Shown here: positions 19,734 to 28,391 of the stretch, piece after piece | How positions within the stretch are numbered: position 1 is the first letter of the stretch | Layout of the letters: each line of letters begins with the position of its first letter | Virus record (IMG/VR): IMGVR_UViG_3300022822_000010 | Strand: one strand, 5' to 3' | From: an uncultured virus (IMG/VR IMGVR_UViG_3300022822_000010) | Taxonomy: Duplodnaviria > Heunggongvirae > Uroviricota > Caudoviricetes | Length of the DNA: 64,000 nt | Program-made: the position numbers and the translations under genes | The notes under the pieces: generated by a model | Seen by the model: only the letters and a program-made list of their open reading frames with translations | The model's database searches: none | Told to the model about the DNA's origin: nothing

Positions 19734-19985
19734 TTATTTTAAGCCGTATATTAAGTAAGATGTGATAATACTTAATATTGCGGAGCCTATTAAAATAGCG
19801 CTTTTGTTTGTCTTTCGCGCTTCTTGAACCTTTACCGATAACTTATTGAGGCGATCGTTGTGGGAGTTCGTTAACTGTTCGAGTTGAAAAATCTTTCTCT
19901 CCGTCTCTTCAATCGAGTTAACGATAGCATTCAGGTTATCTATCTTTGCTTCAATTCTAACCAAAGCTTCATCGAGCTGATTCAT
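19734..19985 (-). CDS. coiled-coil protein with a C-terminal TM helix
   Basis: Heptad pattern followed by AILIGSAILSIITSYLIYG. Confidence 0.6.
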   Translation of the reverse strand: MNQLDEALVRIEAKIDNLNAIVNSIEETERKIFQLEQLTNSHNDRLNKLSVKVQEARKTNKSAILIGSAILSIITSYLIYGLK

Positions 19986-20818
19986 ATTGTTTCTCTAATG
20001 TTAGTTAGCGGCAAGACATCTTCAATCCATTTTCTGAGGTTTTTACCGCAAGCCGTTTCGACGATAAGGTAATTTGAACCCTTGACGCGAACCGTTACAA
20101 GTTCGTCTTCGTTGATAATGACACGATCGCCTTTAGCAAATAATGCGCCTTCCACATAAGCTTCACGAGCATCAGAAGTGGGCTTCAGTTTCAAGTGTTC
20201 TCTGAAACTTCTAGCCTCGGATAAACCCATACCCTTTCTAACAGCGTTTAGTAGATCGGTTGAACCTTTAAAACTTGAAGGTAGCCCACTGCTCCACGAG
20301 ATTAGATCATTTTCTTTTGCCGCTGCTCTCATTTTAGAGGCAGACATTCCAGCAACGCCTTCGCCATCAGGGTCCCGATCTCCGGCAGAAACGATTTTGA
20401 TGCCGTTTTTAAAGTTATAAAATCCATGTCTAGCTTCAACGCCGTTATATTTATTTGTTACGGCCTCGAACTCTGATACTCTATCGGAACCAACAACCAT
20501 ATTGATATCTGAGTAGCCTTTATCGTATAAGTCAACTAGTATATCAAACACCATTCTAATCTTTTTATCTAAGATAATGCTGCGAGCATACTTCGGAAAT
20601 ATTTTGCGCAGAAATTTGACCTTAGTTTGATAGTCTAGCGGATTCTTTTTAGCGTCGTTTGATTGACTAGAGTAAATAAACATGTCGCCACTCTTTGATA
20701 CAGCGCTAACTTTATCTAACAGCTTGCCGTGCCCTGTCGTTGGTGGATTAAATCTACCGAACGTGAAAGTAGCCGTTTTTGATTCCTCTTCTTTGAGAAA
20801 TTGCGAGAATGACTTCAT
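19982..20818 (-). CDS. cytidylyltransferase-like (HIGH/TxGH) nucleotidyltransferase
   Basis: FGRFNPPTTGH, VVGSDR, MSASKMR; N-terminus MKSFSQFLKEE. Confidence 0.85.
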   Translation of the reverse strand: MKSFSQFLKEEESKTATFTFGRFNPPTTGHGKLLDKVSAVSKSGDMFIYSSQSNDAKKNPLDYQTKVKFLRKIFPKYARSIILDKKIRMVFDILVDLYDKGYSDINMVVGSDRVSEFEAVTNKYNGVEARHGFYNFKNGIKIVSAGDRDPDGEGVAGMSASKMRAAAKENDLISWSSGLPSSFKGSTDLLNAVRKGMGLSEARSFREHLKLKPTSDAREAYVEGALFAKGDRVIINEDELVTVRVKGSNYLIVETACGKNLRKWIEDVLPLTNIRETI

Positions 20819-20822
20819 TAAT

Positions 20823-21677
20823 TTACCCTATTGATCTATCAGAAAAGAATTTATTGAAATTTGAGATCGATTTAGAAGGTATTCTGAACTTTTTAATAGC
20901 ATCTTCCATGGCTTCGTTTTCGTCTTCGCCGTTTTCCATACGGTTAAGCGCATATTTGATACCTTTTAGCATATCGCCACTCAATCTCTGCTCTTGTCCA
21001 GCTGATATAGATGCCAAGGCATGCTTGTACGGCCCAACGCTTTCAGATAAAGACCCTATGTTAAGATCTGAAAAGAATTTGTTGAAATTCTTTGTCTGGC
21101 TAGGCCTAATTTTAAACTTTTTAATAGCATCTTCCATGGCTTCGTTTTCGTCTTCACCGTCTTCCATACGGTTGAGCGCATATTTAATGCCTTTGAGCAT
21201 ATCTCCGCTCAATCTCTGCTCTTGTCCAGCAGATATAGATGCTAAGGCATGCTTGTACGGCCCAACGCCTTCGTTGACTCCCTCTTTCTTAGCCCCGCCG
21301 CGCTTTTTCTCTAGCTCTGCTTTGCGAGTTTTAGGTAGTTGCTTCTTGGCTATTCGATCAATCATACCCTTTTTAGCATCAACGCGCTTTTCGAGAGCCT
21401 GTCTCGCACTAAAACTCAGATCAGCTTTATTTTTATCTTTTAATATCTTCTTTTCGACTTCGTTACGCGCCTGTTTACGAGCGCGTTTTTTAAGCTTATC
21501 TGGTGAGGCAATCTTATTTTCAGCTCTTCGTTTACCGGCTTTTATTTTAGCTTTGTTTTTACGAAAAGATTGTTTGGCTTTCATGCGTTGCTGCATGGTA
21601 AGCGCTTCACCTATTTCATCTGTTGCTTCTTGTATCGCAATGTCTTCTTGTAAACTATATTCTTTAAAACTTAGCAT
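20823..21677 (-). CDS. putative internal protein with two tandem 76-aa repeats
   Basis: MLSFKEYSLQE N-terminus; duplicated VGPYKHALASISAGQEQRLSGDMLKG unit. Confidence 0.7.
   Translation of the reverse strand: MLSFKEYSLQEDIAIQEATDEIGEALTMQQRMKAKQSFRKNKAKIKAGKRRAENKIASPDKLKKRARKQARNEVEKKILKDKNKADLSFSARQALEKRVDAKKGMIDRIAKKQLPKTRKAELEKKRGGAKKEGVNEGVGPYKHALASISAGQEQRLSGDMLKGIKYALNRMEDGEDENEAMEDAIKKFKIRPSQTKNFNKFFSDLNIGSLSESVGPYKHALASISAGQEQRLSGDMLKGIKYALNRMENGEDENEAMEDAIKKFRIPSKSISNFNKFFSDRSIG
20826..21268 (-). repeat. intragenic tandem duplication, 228-bp period
   Basis: atgcttgtacggcccaacgc occurs at 21021 and 21249. Confidence 0.9.
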
Positions 21678-21737
21678 GTTTATTCCCATTCGGATGCTTG
21701 CCTACGATAAATGACTTAATTAAAAGCCTCAATGTAT

Positions 21738-22967
21738 CTATATTTTTTGCCAACCCTTTAAAATACTTGGAGAGAAGTTATTGAACGAGAATTCCATTCG
21801 ATCAACTAATTTGACGGCACCGCCTTTTAAGCGATCTATAGACACAAACCCTTCTGAACCAGTAACTTTAAATCCGTTAGTAGTTTTTATAAAAGTATTT
21901 ATACTATTCAATTTATCTAGTTTCCTGATGATTATCATTTTAGCTTCGACTATAGCTAACTGTAACTCAAAAAGGAATACCAAGTTTGCTTTGTTATCTT
22001 TCGAGAAAAACTTTAAGAGATCATCGCGCTTATCTGCTTGAGCAGTTTTGCCTTTATCGGACTTTCGTTTGTCGATCTCTTTAGCAAATCTATCCTCAAT
22101 GAACTTTATTAGACCATCAACGTGCTTTTTAGTATTCGTTATAACTCGACCGTCGCGAACAAGCGAATTGTTATATGTCTCGATAAGGCGCTGTAGCTCT
22201 GGATTCTTTTCTAATTCGCGAAGAGTGCTGCCTTTCAATTTACTGAACATTTTACCCGCGCTGGATAGCGAAGCAGTGACTTCTTTAGTGTCGGCAGAGG
22301 TAAATGTAGCGGTCCCAGCCATGTCTCGTAATCCTGCGCCTTTAGCCCAGACTGTTGGAACTTTCTTAAACTTACTAACATCAACTCCAAAATCTGCTGA
22401 CATTTCTTCGAATGTTGATCCAGAATACGAGGTATGAAATACTACGCCTATTTTCGCGCGTCTCACTTCTCTCGCAGCATCTGAGTCTGATGGGATAGCG
22501 TACACTATGGTATTTGGATGAAAAGTGGTATATTTCTCGCCATCAATCGACTCTTCTTTGGTGTCGTCGGTGAACATGATATCGCCTTGTACTACGCCTT
22601 TTATACCTAGCTTCGATAACTCTTTCAAAGCAATTATCATCTTAGAGGCTAATTCAGGGTTGTCGATGTCTTCATTTACGTCAGCAACCGTCTTATACAC
22701 CTTTGGGTTCTTATTAAAGATGCCCTTTTTTGCCACGAAGAATACGCCATCTTGCGGGTCAATACCGCAAAATACTGCTGGCGCACCGTCCCATTTAACG
22801 GTTACATCGGTTGAGCCTTTAGCATTTCCTGCCAGCATATCTCTTAATGACCTCAATGCTAATATAGCATCACGAGCGCCGTTAACCCCGCCGTAGATCA
22901 CTTGATCTTCGATGTGGGTCATGTGGGTGTTCTTGGCTTCTGTTATGAAGTCTTTAAAGTTTTTCAT
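21738..22967 (-). CDS. conserved phage protein (DUF6267-like) with a KxDG ligase-type motif
   Basis: KNTHMTHIED, TVKWDGAPA, QGDIMF, EGFV, KLVDR; N-terminus MKNFKDFITE. Confidence 0.7.
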   Translation of the reverse strand: MKNFKDFITEAKNTHMTHIEDQVIYGGVNGARDAILALRSLRDMLAGNAKGSTDVTVKWDGAPAVFCGIDPQDGVFFVAKKGIFNKNPKVYKTVADVNEDIDNPELASKMIIALKELSKLGIKGVVQGDIMFTDDTKEESIDGEKYTTFHPNTIVYAIPSDSDAAREVRRAKIGVVFHTSYSGSTFEEMSADFGVDVSKFKKVPTVWAKGAGLRDMAGTATFTSADTKEVTASLSSAGKMFSKLKGSTLRELEKNPELQRLIETYNNSLVRDGRVITNTKKHVDGLIKFIEDRFAKEIDKRKSDKGKTAQADKRDDLLKFFSKDNKANLVFLFELQLAIVEAKMIIIRKLDKLNSINTFIKTTNGFKVTGSEGFVSIDRLKGGAVKLVDRMEFSFNNFSPSILKGWQKI

Positions 22968-22983
22968 ATTCGTCTTCGTGTTC

Positions 22984-24321
22984 CTAGTATAACTTTATAT
23001 GTATTGCGGAAAAATCGTTCATCTTGCTGCTAGAGTAATACGCACTGTTTAGCATTTGATTATCTGATTCAAGAAGTATTTGGAGATAATAAGTGAGAAA
23101 CGCCGCAGCTTTGATTTGTATTTCAGAATCGGGTAGAGCGCTCATTTTATTAACAACGACGGGATGAGCCATCAGTTTAGGTACTGTGCTGTTTATATAC
23201 GCCATAGGGTCAGCAAAAATCTTTTTCTTATCCGCCGCTATATCAAACCCATTAGCGAGCGCTAGTTTAGGGAATAGAGAAGACGACACGCCCCCAAGCT
23301 GAACCTTAGCACCTTTCTGTCGCCCTTCTAGATAAATTCTGATATCAGACAAAGAAGATATCGAGCCTGCTTTATATCCAACTCTCAAGTTGAAGCCAGA
23401 TATGTTACCCTCTGTTTCAAAGATGAAATTCTTTTGGTATGGATCAAACAACACTCTGCTAGGCTTCAGCGACACTTGCGGCATATCTTTGGTAGATACC
23501 ACACTAAACTTCGCTTTTCTGGTCTTCGGCACTTTCTTTAAGGATATACCAATTATTTCTTTACTGTTATACTTATCGAGCATATAACCGTTGAATTGCT
23601 CAAGAGAATTGATATCTTTGGTCTCAGACAACACCTTTGCTTTTGATATAGTCATCACCCATATATCGGCAGGATTCCAATTATCTTTTAGGTCTTTCAG
23701 TCCAAACTTCTTTGCTAAGTTTATCAATACGTTAGAATCATTTTTACCCGAGTCTAGGTATATCTTGGCTCCTTTAACAGATCCGATATTGTCGTTGAAC
23801 GCTTCGTATTGCTCGCTAAAATTATGCAGCCAATCAGAACCGAAATCATAACTAACTAAGTCTGAGACTTGACGGGCCGTCAAACGTTTGCCTTTCATCG
23901 CCGCTTCGAAGTATTTTATAGTACCAAGTTCTTGTTCTGCGGTCGTCGGTATAGACTCAGTTTGTCCCTTTCTAGGTAATCTACCTGTTCCGCGTATACC
24001 GCCAGATGGGGTCAATGCGACATTAATTAATAACGACGAAATGAACCTGTCCCCAACCTTATTGAAACCATACTGAGAAAGTTTCGAGTCGGAGGCAAGT
24101 TGTGGAATTAGCGACTTATCTGTTATTTTTATTGTTAGTTGTTTAGTAGCTTTTCTGAAGTCATACTTATCATCTATGTAGATAAACTCTTCGTTGTTAC
24201 CTAAAACTTTCTGGAACTTTACCATAAACGTTTTAAGCTCAGGGTTGTATGCTCTAGGTAAATCGCTAAAGGTCAACCAAGATTTTGCCGCTTCTGATAG
24301 GAAGGTTTTAAATCGTAACAT
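22984..24321 (-). CDS. restriction-endonuclease-like (PD-(D/E)xK variant) putative internal protein
   Basis: TAEQE...DNWNPADIW...IIGISLKK; N-terminus MLRFKTFLSE. Confidence 0.6.
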   Translation of the reverse strand: MLRFKTFLSEAAKSWLTFSDLPRAYNPELKTFMVKFQKVLGNNEEFIYIDDKYDFRKATKQLTIKITDKSLIPQLASDSKLSQYGFNKVGDRFISSLLINVALTPSGGIRGTGRLPRKGQTESIPTTAEQELGTIKYFEAAMKGKRLTARQVSDLVSYDFGSDWLHNFSEQYEAFNDNIGSVKGAKIYLDSGKNDSNVLINLAKKFGLKDLKDNWNPADIWVMTISKAKVLSETKDINSLEQFNGYMLDKYNSKEIIGISLKKVPKTRKAKFSVVSTKDMPQVSLKPSRVLFDPYQKNFIFETEGNISGFNLRVGYKAGSISSLSDIRIYLEGRQKGAKVQLGGVSSSLFPKLALANGFDIAADKKKIFADPMAYINSTVPKLMAHPVVVNKMSALPDSEIQIKAAAFLTYYLQILLESDNQMLNSAYYSSSKMNDFSAIHIKLY

Positions 24322-24348
24322 TGATATTGGTCCGTATTAGGTTTATTA

Positions 24349-24356
24349 TATTTATA
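24349..24356 (-). promoter_or_regulatory. T4-type late promoter heading the 24.3-16.1 kb cluster
   Basis: Exact TATAAATA 27 nt upstream of the ATG at 24321. Confidence 0.8.
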
Positions 24357-24552
24357 AGACCAAATATCTCTATCCTAGGAGAAACTGTTTATCTTCAGTG
24401 ACATAAGTTCCTGCTGCTATGTGTTTGACTATATCCTCTACCCTTTTTTCAGGCATGGTCATAATCTCGGCGATCTCTTTATTACTTCTATTTAATTTGC
24501 ATAGCTCTGTGATCTGGGTTATTTGTGATTCCATTATACTCATTTTAGGTCC

Positions 24553-24759
24553 TTATTGGTTATTGTTTAAAAAAACGTTATCTTCTTTTACTTTATCTGT
24601 GTTAATATAGCCCTTTTCTACCAACATATTAATGGTAACACTAGTTCCGATCGAAACCCCCGATAATACGCCAATAGTGTATGCTCGCTTATACGAGAAA
24701 TAAATCGAGGAAACCCAAAGAATTAATACGGTAATTAAAGTTGAATATTCTATTAACAT
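24553..24759 (-). CDS. small membrane protein
   Basis: N-terminal hydrophobic helix. Confidence 0.6.
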   Translation of the reverse strand: MLIEYSTLITVLILWVSSIYFSYKRAYTIGVLSGVSIGTSVTINMLVEKGYINTDKVKEDNVFLNNNQ

Positions 24760-24803
24760 GGTACTATATAGCCTTATGATATTACTGGGAAATGAAAAAT
24801 ATT

Positions 24804-24971
24804 CTATCCTACTGTATGCCTATAAAAGAAGAATATGTATGCCGTCAACATTAAACCATAAGCCCAGAAAACGCCAAATAGAACAGCATAACAGAATTCT
24901 AGATCTTTAATACACTTTATATACATGAATATAGAGGCGATAGTGAAAATTAACATAGTTGCTGAAAGCAT
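24804..24971 (-). CDS. small 2-TM membrane protein (55 aa)
   Basis: Manual translation MLSATMLIFTIASIFMYIKCIKDLEFCYAVLFGVFWAYGLMLTAYIFFFYRHTVG. Confidence 0.55.
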   Translation of the reverse strand: MLSATMLIFTIASIFMYIKCIKDLEFCYAVLFGVFWAYGLMLTAYIFFFYRHTVG

Positions 24972-24972
24972 C

Positions 24973-25125
24973 TTAGTACCCCAGAGCGATTAAGAGCATG
25001 CTGATAGTAGCAATCAAAATACCGATAGCACCAGAAGCATAGGTCAAGAAATCGCTTCGTTTATATATTCCGATAAACATAAACGCTACACAAACGCATG
25101 TTAATTTTAAAAGTATATCTATCAT
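24973..25125 (-). CDS. small 2-TM membrane protein (50 aa)
   Basis: Manual translation MIDILLKLTCVCVAFMFIGIYKRSDFLTYASGAIGILIATISMLLIALGY; ATGA overlap with upstream ORF. Confidence 0.6.
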   Translation of the reverse strand: MIDILLKLTCVCVAFMFIGIYKRSDFLTYASGAIGILIATISMLLIALGY

Positions 25126-25280
25126 TTATAATGCACCGCAATTAAAAGAAATAGTTGAGTAAATATGCCTAGACAACATAGACAAGAAGTTACGAAAGCT
25201 CGATTACGAGCGTAACGTATGATTAGAAACAACCAAGCCGCTAGACCTGTTAGTTGCATCACGAATTCGTATTGATCCAT
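25122..25280 (-). CDS. small 2-TM membrane protein (52 aa)
   Basis: Manual translation MDQYEFVMQLTGLAAWLFLIIRYARNRAFVTSCLCCLGIFTQLFLLIAVHYK. Confidence 0.6.
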   Translation of the reverse strand: MDQYEFVMQLTGLAAWLFLIIRYARNRAFVTSCLCCLGIFTQLFLLIAVHYK

Positions 25281-25320
25281 ATTATGAATACTCTGTTTGT
25301 TTATATAGAAAATCTATTAT

Positions 25321-25476
25321 TTACAGTACATACATAGCTAAAATAGTATATTGAACAGCCAACATAAATGTAGCAACAACAGAAATACACTTAATGCCTT
25401 CACAAGCCGTAAATGTGGCAAGATACGTCCAGCAAACTACACCTGTTAATTGTATAAAAAAGCTTAATTCGTTCAT
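25321..25476 (-). CDS. small 2-TM membrane protein (51 aa)
   Basis: Manual translation MNELSFFIQLTGVVCWTYLATFTACEGIKCISVVATFMLAVQYTILAMYVL; starts at the cassette ATG. Confidence 0.65.
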   Translation of the reverse strand: MNELSFFIQLTGVVCWTYLATFTACEGIKCISVVATFMLAVQYTILAMYVL

Positions 25477-25558
25477 AATATATTCTCTCTAGTGTTTCGA
25501 TCAATTAAGTACCTATTATAACTGAAAAAGTCTAAGAAGGCAAGTGCTCTCTTAGACT
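25474..25558 (-). promoter_or_regulatory. early promoter/stem-loop/RBS cassette
   Basis: TTGCCT-N17-TATAAT; AGTCTAAGA/TCTTAGACT inverted repeat; leader identical to the copy at 36574. Confidence 0.8.
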
Positions 25559-25574
25559 CATTAGCTATATTAAA

Positions 25575-26963
25575 TTACATTTTGAAGCCTGAAAAGTCTT
25601 TCTTTTCATTAGAGCCAAACGTATTAACAGGAGCGCTGTTTTGATTGGAACCAAGACCGCCTTGTACCAAAGATTGAGCCGAGGCTTCGACGTCGTATAG
25701 CTTCATTTTGCCTCGATTAATCCCTACAACAAATCGTTTATTTGAGTTAGAGTCACTGTACCTATTTTTTAACTGCTTAAACATTATCTGCCCTAGCTTC
25801 TCAAGCTCTTCGGTACTAATGATTGCGGCCATGAAATCGACTGTAGCAGGAAGACCAAACGATTCAGAAACATTATCTAAGTCCATATCAGAATTATTTA
25901 AAGCTGATCTATTAGATTGAGTAGCCGTAAAAATAGGGACATTTTGCTCAACCGCCAGACCACGAAGCTCTTCTGCTATAGACTTAACAAGAGAGTATGT
26001 ATTAACGTTACCCGATAACCCCTTCATACGCGAAGACGCGCAAATGTTTATATAGTCTATGAAAATAATATTAGGCCTGAAATTCTTTTTTAATTTTAAG
26101 TCGTCTAGCAATGCCCTAAAGTGACCCGCGTGAGCAGATCCAGTGGGGTATTCTTTTATGATTAACGTACCATTAGTCTTATCGCTTATCTTCTTTATTT
26201 TACTGTTGAACATATCTTTAGAAAGTGACCGAAGGTTATCGAGTTCAACATTCATTAAGTTAGCATCAATCCGTTCAGCAATACGCTCTTCTGCCATCTC
26301 CATAGTAATATACAAAACATCTTTACCAGCAGACAAAGCAGCCGCAGATTGATGGCACATCACCAAACTCTTACCTACGCCCGTAGACGCCAACCAACAG
26401 TTCAAAGATTTTGGAGGCACCCCGCCTTTAGTAATAGTATTCAACATCTCGATATCAAACGGTAATTTGCTTTCAACCGCGTGATATGAGTCATATCGTT
26501 CTTCGCTATTTTCGAAGTAGTGGTGTCCTATACTGCTATCGAAGCAAACTGCTAATGCTTTAGTCAACAAGTCCGGTAAAGCATTAGGTGTTAATTCTTC
26601 ATGCTTACCGTCGATTATGGTAATAGACTCCATAACAGCTAAGAAGATAGCACGATCTTGGCACCACTTCTCTGTATGATCTAGTATCCAACCCAAATCG
26701 ATCTCGTTAGGGATAAACATTTCATTAACGACTTCGCTCACTTCGCCGGTATCGACTCGACCATCTATAGCATCAGACAATTCGATCATAAAAGCCTCCT
26801 GCGAAGGAAGCTTATTATATTTATGAACAAAGTTTGCTATTTGGTTAAAAATAAACCTATGAGACTCATCAAAGTATTCTGGCTTCAAGAAAGGTATGGC
26901 AAGCCGAGTAAAATTATCATTATGTATTAAGTTCCTGAGAATCGTAGTTTCAAGATTTGCCAT
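25575..26963 (-). CDS. 41: replicative DNA helicase gp41
   Basis: ASTGVGKS, YITMEMAEE, IFIDYINI, ATQSNR, SESFGLP, QLKNRY. Confidence 0.96.
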   Translation of the reverse strand: MANLETTILRNLIHNDNFTRLAIPFLKPEYFDESHRFIFNQIANFVHKYNKLPSQEAFMIELSDAIDGRVDTGEVSEVVNEMFIPNEIDLGWILDHTEKWCQDRAIFLAVMESITIIDGKHEELTPNALPDLLTKALAVCFDSSIGHHYFENSEERYDSYHAVESKLPFDIEMLNTITKGGVPPKSLNCWLASTGVGKSLVMCHQSAAALSAGKDVLYITMEMAEERIAERIDANLMNVELDNLRSLSKDMFNSKIKKISDKTNGTLIIKEYPTGSAHAGHFRALLDDLKLKKNFRPNIIFIDYINICASSRMKGLSGNVNTYSLVKSIAEELRGLAVEQNVPIFTATQSNRSALNNSDMDLDNVSESFGLPATVDFMAAIISTEELEKLGQIMFKQLKNRYSDSNSNKRFVVGINRGKMKLYDVEASAQSLVQGGLGSNQNSAPVNTFGSNEKKDFSGFKM

Positions 26964-27258
26964 CGTTACCGCCTATTTTATAATCGTTTTTCTCAAATGA
27001 GTCATGTAGTACGCTCTCCAACACTTGCCCTATATGACGATCGAAAGCGCGATCATTCTTCAAACATTCGTCGCCTTCAATTAAGTCCCAAGAGAAGGAC
27101 AGTTTAAATGTTTCATTAATCTGCCCCTCATTAAGCACTCTTGGTACAACCTCGCGATAGTTATACATAACGCCCGCATACTTACCGCCTTTCAGTTCAA
27201 TAATGTTATACTGAATATCTTCGCGTTCACATATCCTATAATCGACGTTAAGCTTCAT
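26950..27258 (-). CDS. 40: gp40-like head vertex assembly chaperone
   Basis: Position between uvsX and 41, size, and IELKGGKYAGV motif. Confidence 0.6.
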   Translation of the reverse strand: MKLNVDYRICEREDIQYNIIELKGGKYAGVMYNYREVVPRVLNEGQINETFKLSFSWDLIEGDECLKNDRAFDRHIGQVLESVLHDSFEKNDYKIGGNDGKS

Positions 27259-28356
27259 TTATTCGTCCTCTTTATTAGCTTCTTCTTCTTCGTACTCATC
27301 ATCAGCTGTTGATGGTATAGAATTCAAAAAGTCTTCAGCAAGCTCTGTCTTATACCCGATCATGTATTGCTTCATAACTTGCTCTTTAAACGGCTCATGA
27401 TTTACTAGGGATTCAAAGAACGTGTCTGGAATACCTTTGCGCCATAATTTAGCCTCTTCGATTTCTCCGCTGACTAGATCCATAAGCTGATATCGGGAGC
27501 CTGTCTTGATAATATAGTTGAAAGATATACCGAGATCAAAGATGCCGCTATACTTCTCAATGCCGCCTTCCCACGATACGCTGATCGGAATCTTAGATTT
27601 TTCTTTTACAAATCGAGACTTTTCGACATTAATGATAAAGTCATAACCAACAACTTCTGTACCATTCTTAGTCTGGCGACGACCGATGATCCAGATATTA
27701 TCTGCTGAGTATGTAATACCCGTACCGCCAGATACAACGGCCTTCGAAAACATTTCCATAGTCTGATAGGTATGGTTTACAGCTAACATCGGAATATCAA
27801 ACTTAGTCAGGTATGGGGTAATCATACGGAATAAGCCCTTCAACGACTTAGCGCGAGTCATATCAGCTACAGACTTTTGATCTTTAGCGTCTTCGACTTC
27901 TTTCTTTGAAGCCAAGTTACCGATCGAGTCAACGACTATAATCACGTTATCTTTTCTAGTAATAGCCGACAACTGAGACATAATGTCAAACTTCAATTCT
28001 TCTATATCCATAATAGGTACATGAAGAACGCGAGAAGTGTCTATACCATATGCCTCAAAGTATGAACGAGGCGAACCAAACTCGCTATCGTAAAACAAGA
28101 TGACCGCCTCTTTATACTTCTTTTGATAAGCCGCCGCCATTAATAACGCAAAGCTCGTTTTAAAATGCTTACTGGGTCCGGCAAGAACAGTCAAGCCGGG
28201 AGTTAGGCCGCCATCAAGCTTACCCGACAACCCCACGTTTACCATAGGCACATCTGTCATTATCATATCTTTTTCTACAAAATAGATAGACTCATCTAGC
28301 GTAGCGATGTCTTTTATCTGAGAGTTTTTCTTTAACTTCTCCATCAATCCAGCCAT
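27259..28356 (-). CDS. uvsX: RecA-like recombinase UvsX
   Basis: AGPSKHFKT, YDSEFG, DSIGNLASKKE, VVSGGTG. Confidence 0.96.
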   Translation of the reverse strand: MAGLMEKLKKNSQIKDIATLDESIYFVEKDMIMTDVPMVNVGLSGKLDGGLTPGLTVLAGPSKHFKTSFALLMAAAYQKKYKEAVILFYDSEFGSPRSYFEAYGIDTSRVLHVPIMDIEELKFDIMSQLSAITRKDNVIIVVDSIGNLASKKEVEDAKDQKSVADMTRAKSLKGLFRMITPYLTKFDIPMLAVNHTYQTMEMFSKAVVSGGTGITYSADNIWIIGRRQTKNGTEVVGYDFIINVEKSRFVKEKSKIPISVSWEGGIEKYSGIFDLGISFNYIIKTGSRYQLMDLVSGEIEEAKLWRKGIPDTFFESLVNHEPFKEQVMKQYMIGYKTELAEDFLNSIPSTADDEYEEEEANKEDE

Positions 28357-28391
28357 TGTACTTCCTCGTTTATTAGTTTGTTAAGTAACTA

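Noticed and set aside
20809..21714. 301-aa plus-strand ORF
   Set aside because: It is an antisense shadow of the Lys/Glu-rich minus-strand gene, with Ser/Phe/Leu-rich composition and no promoter or RBS.
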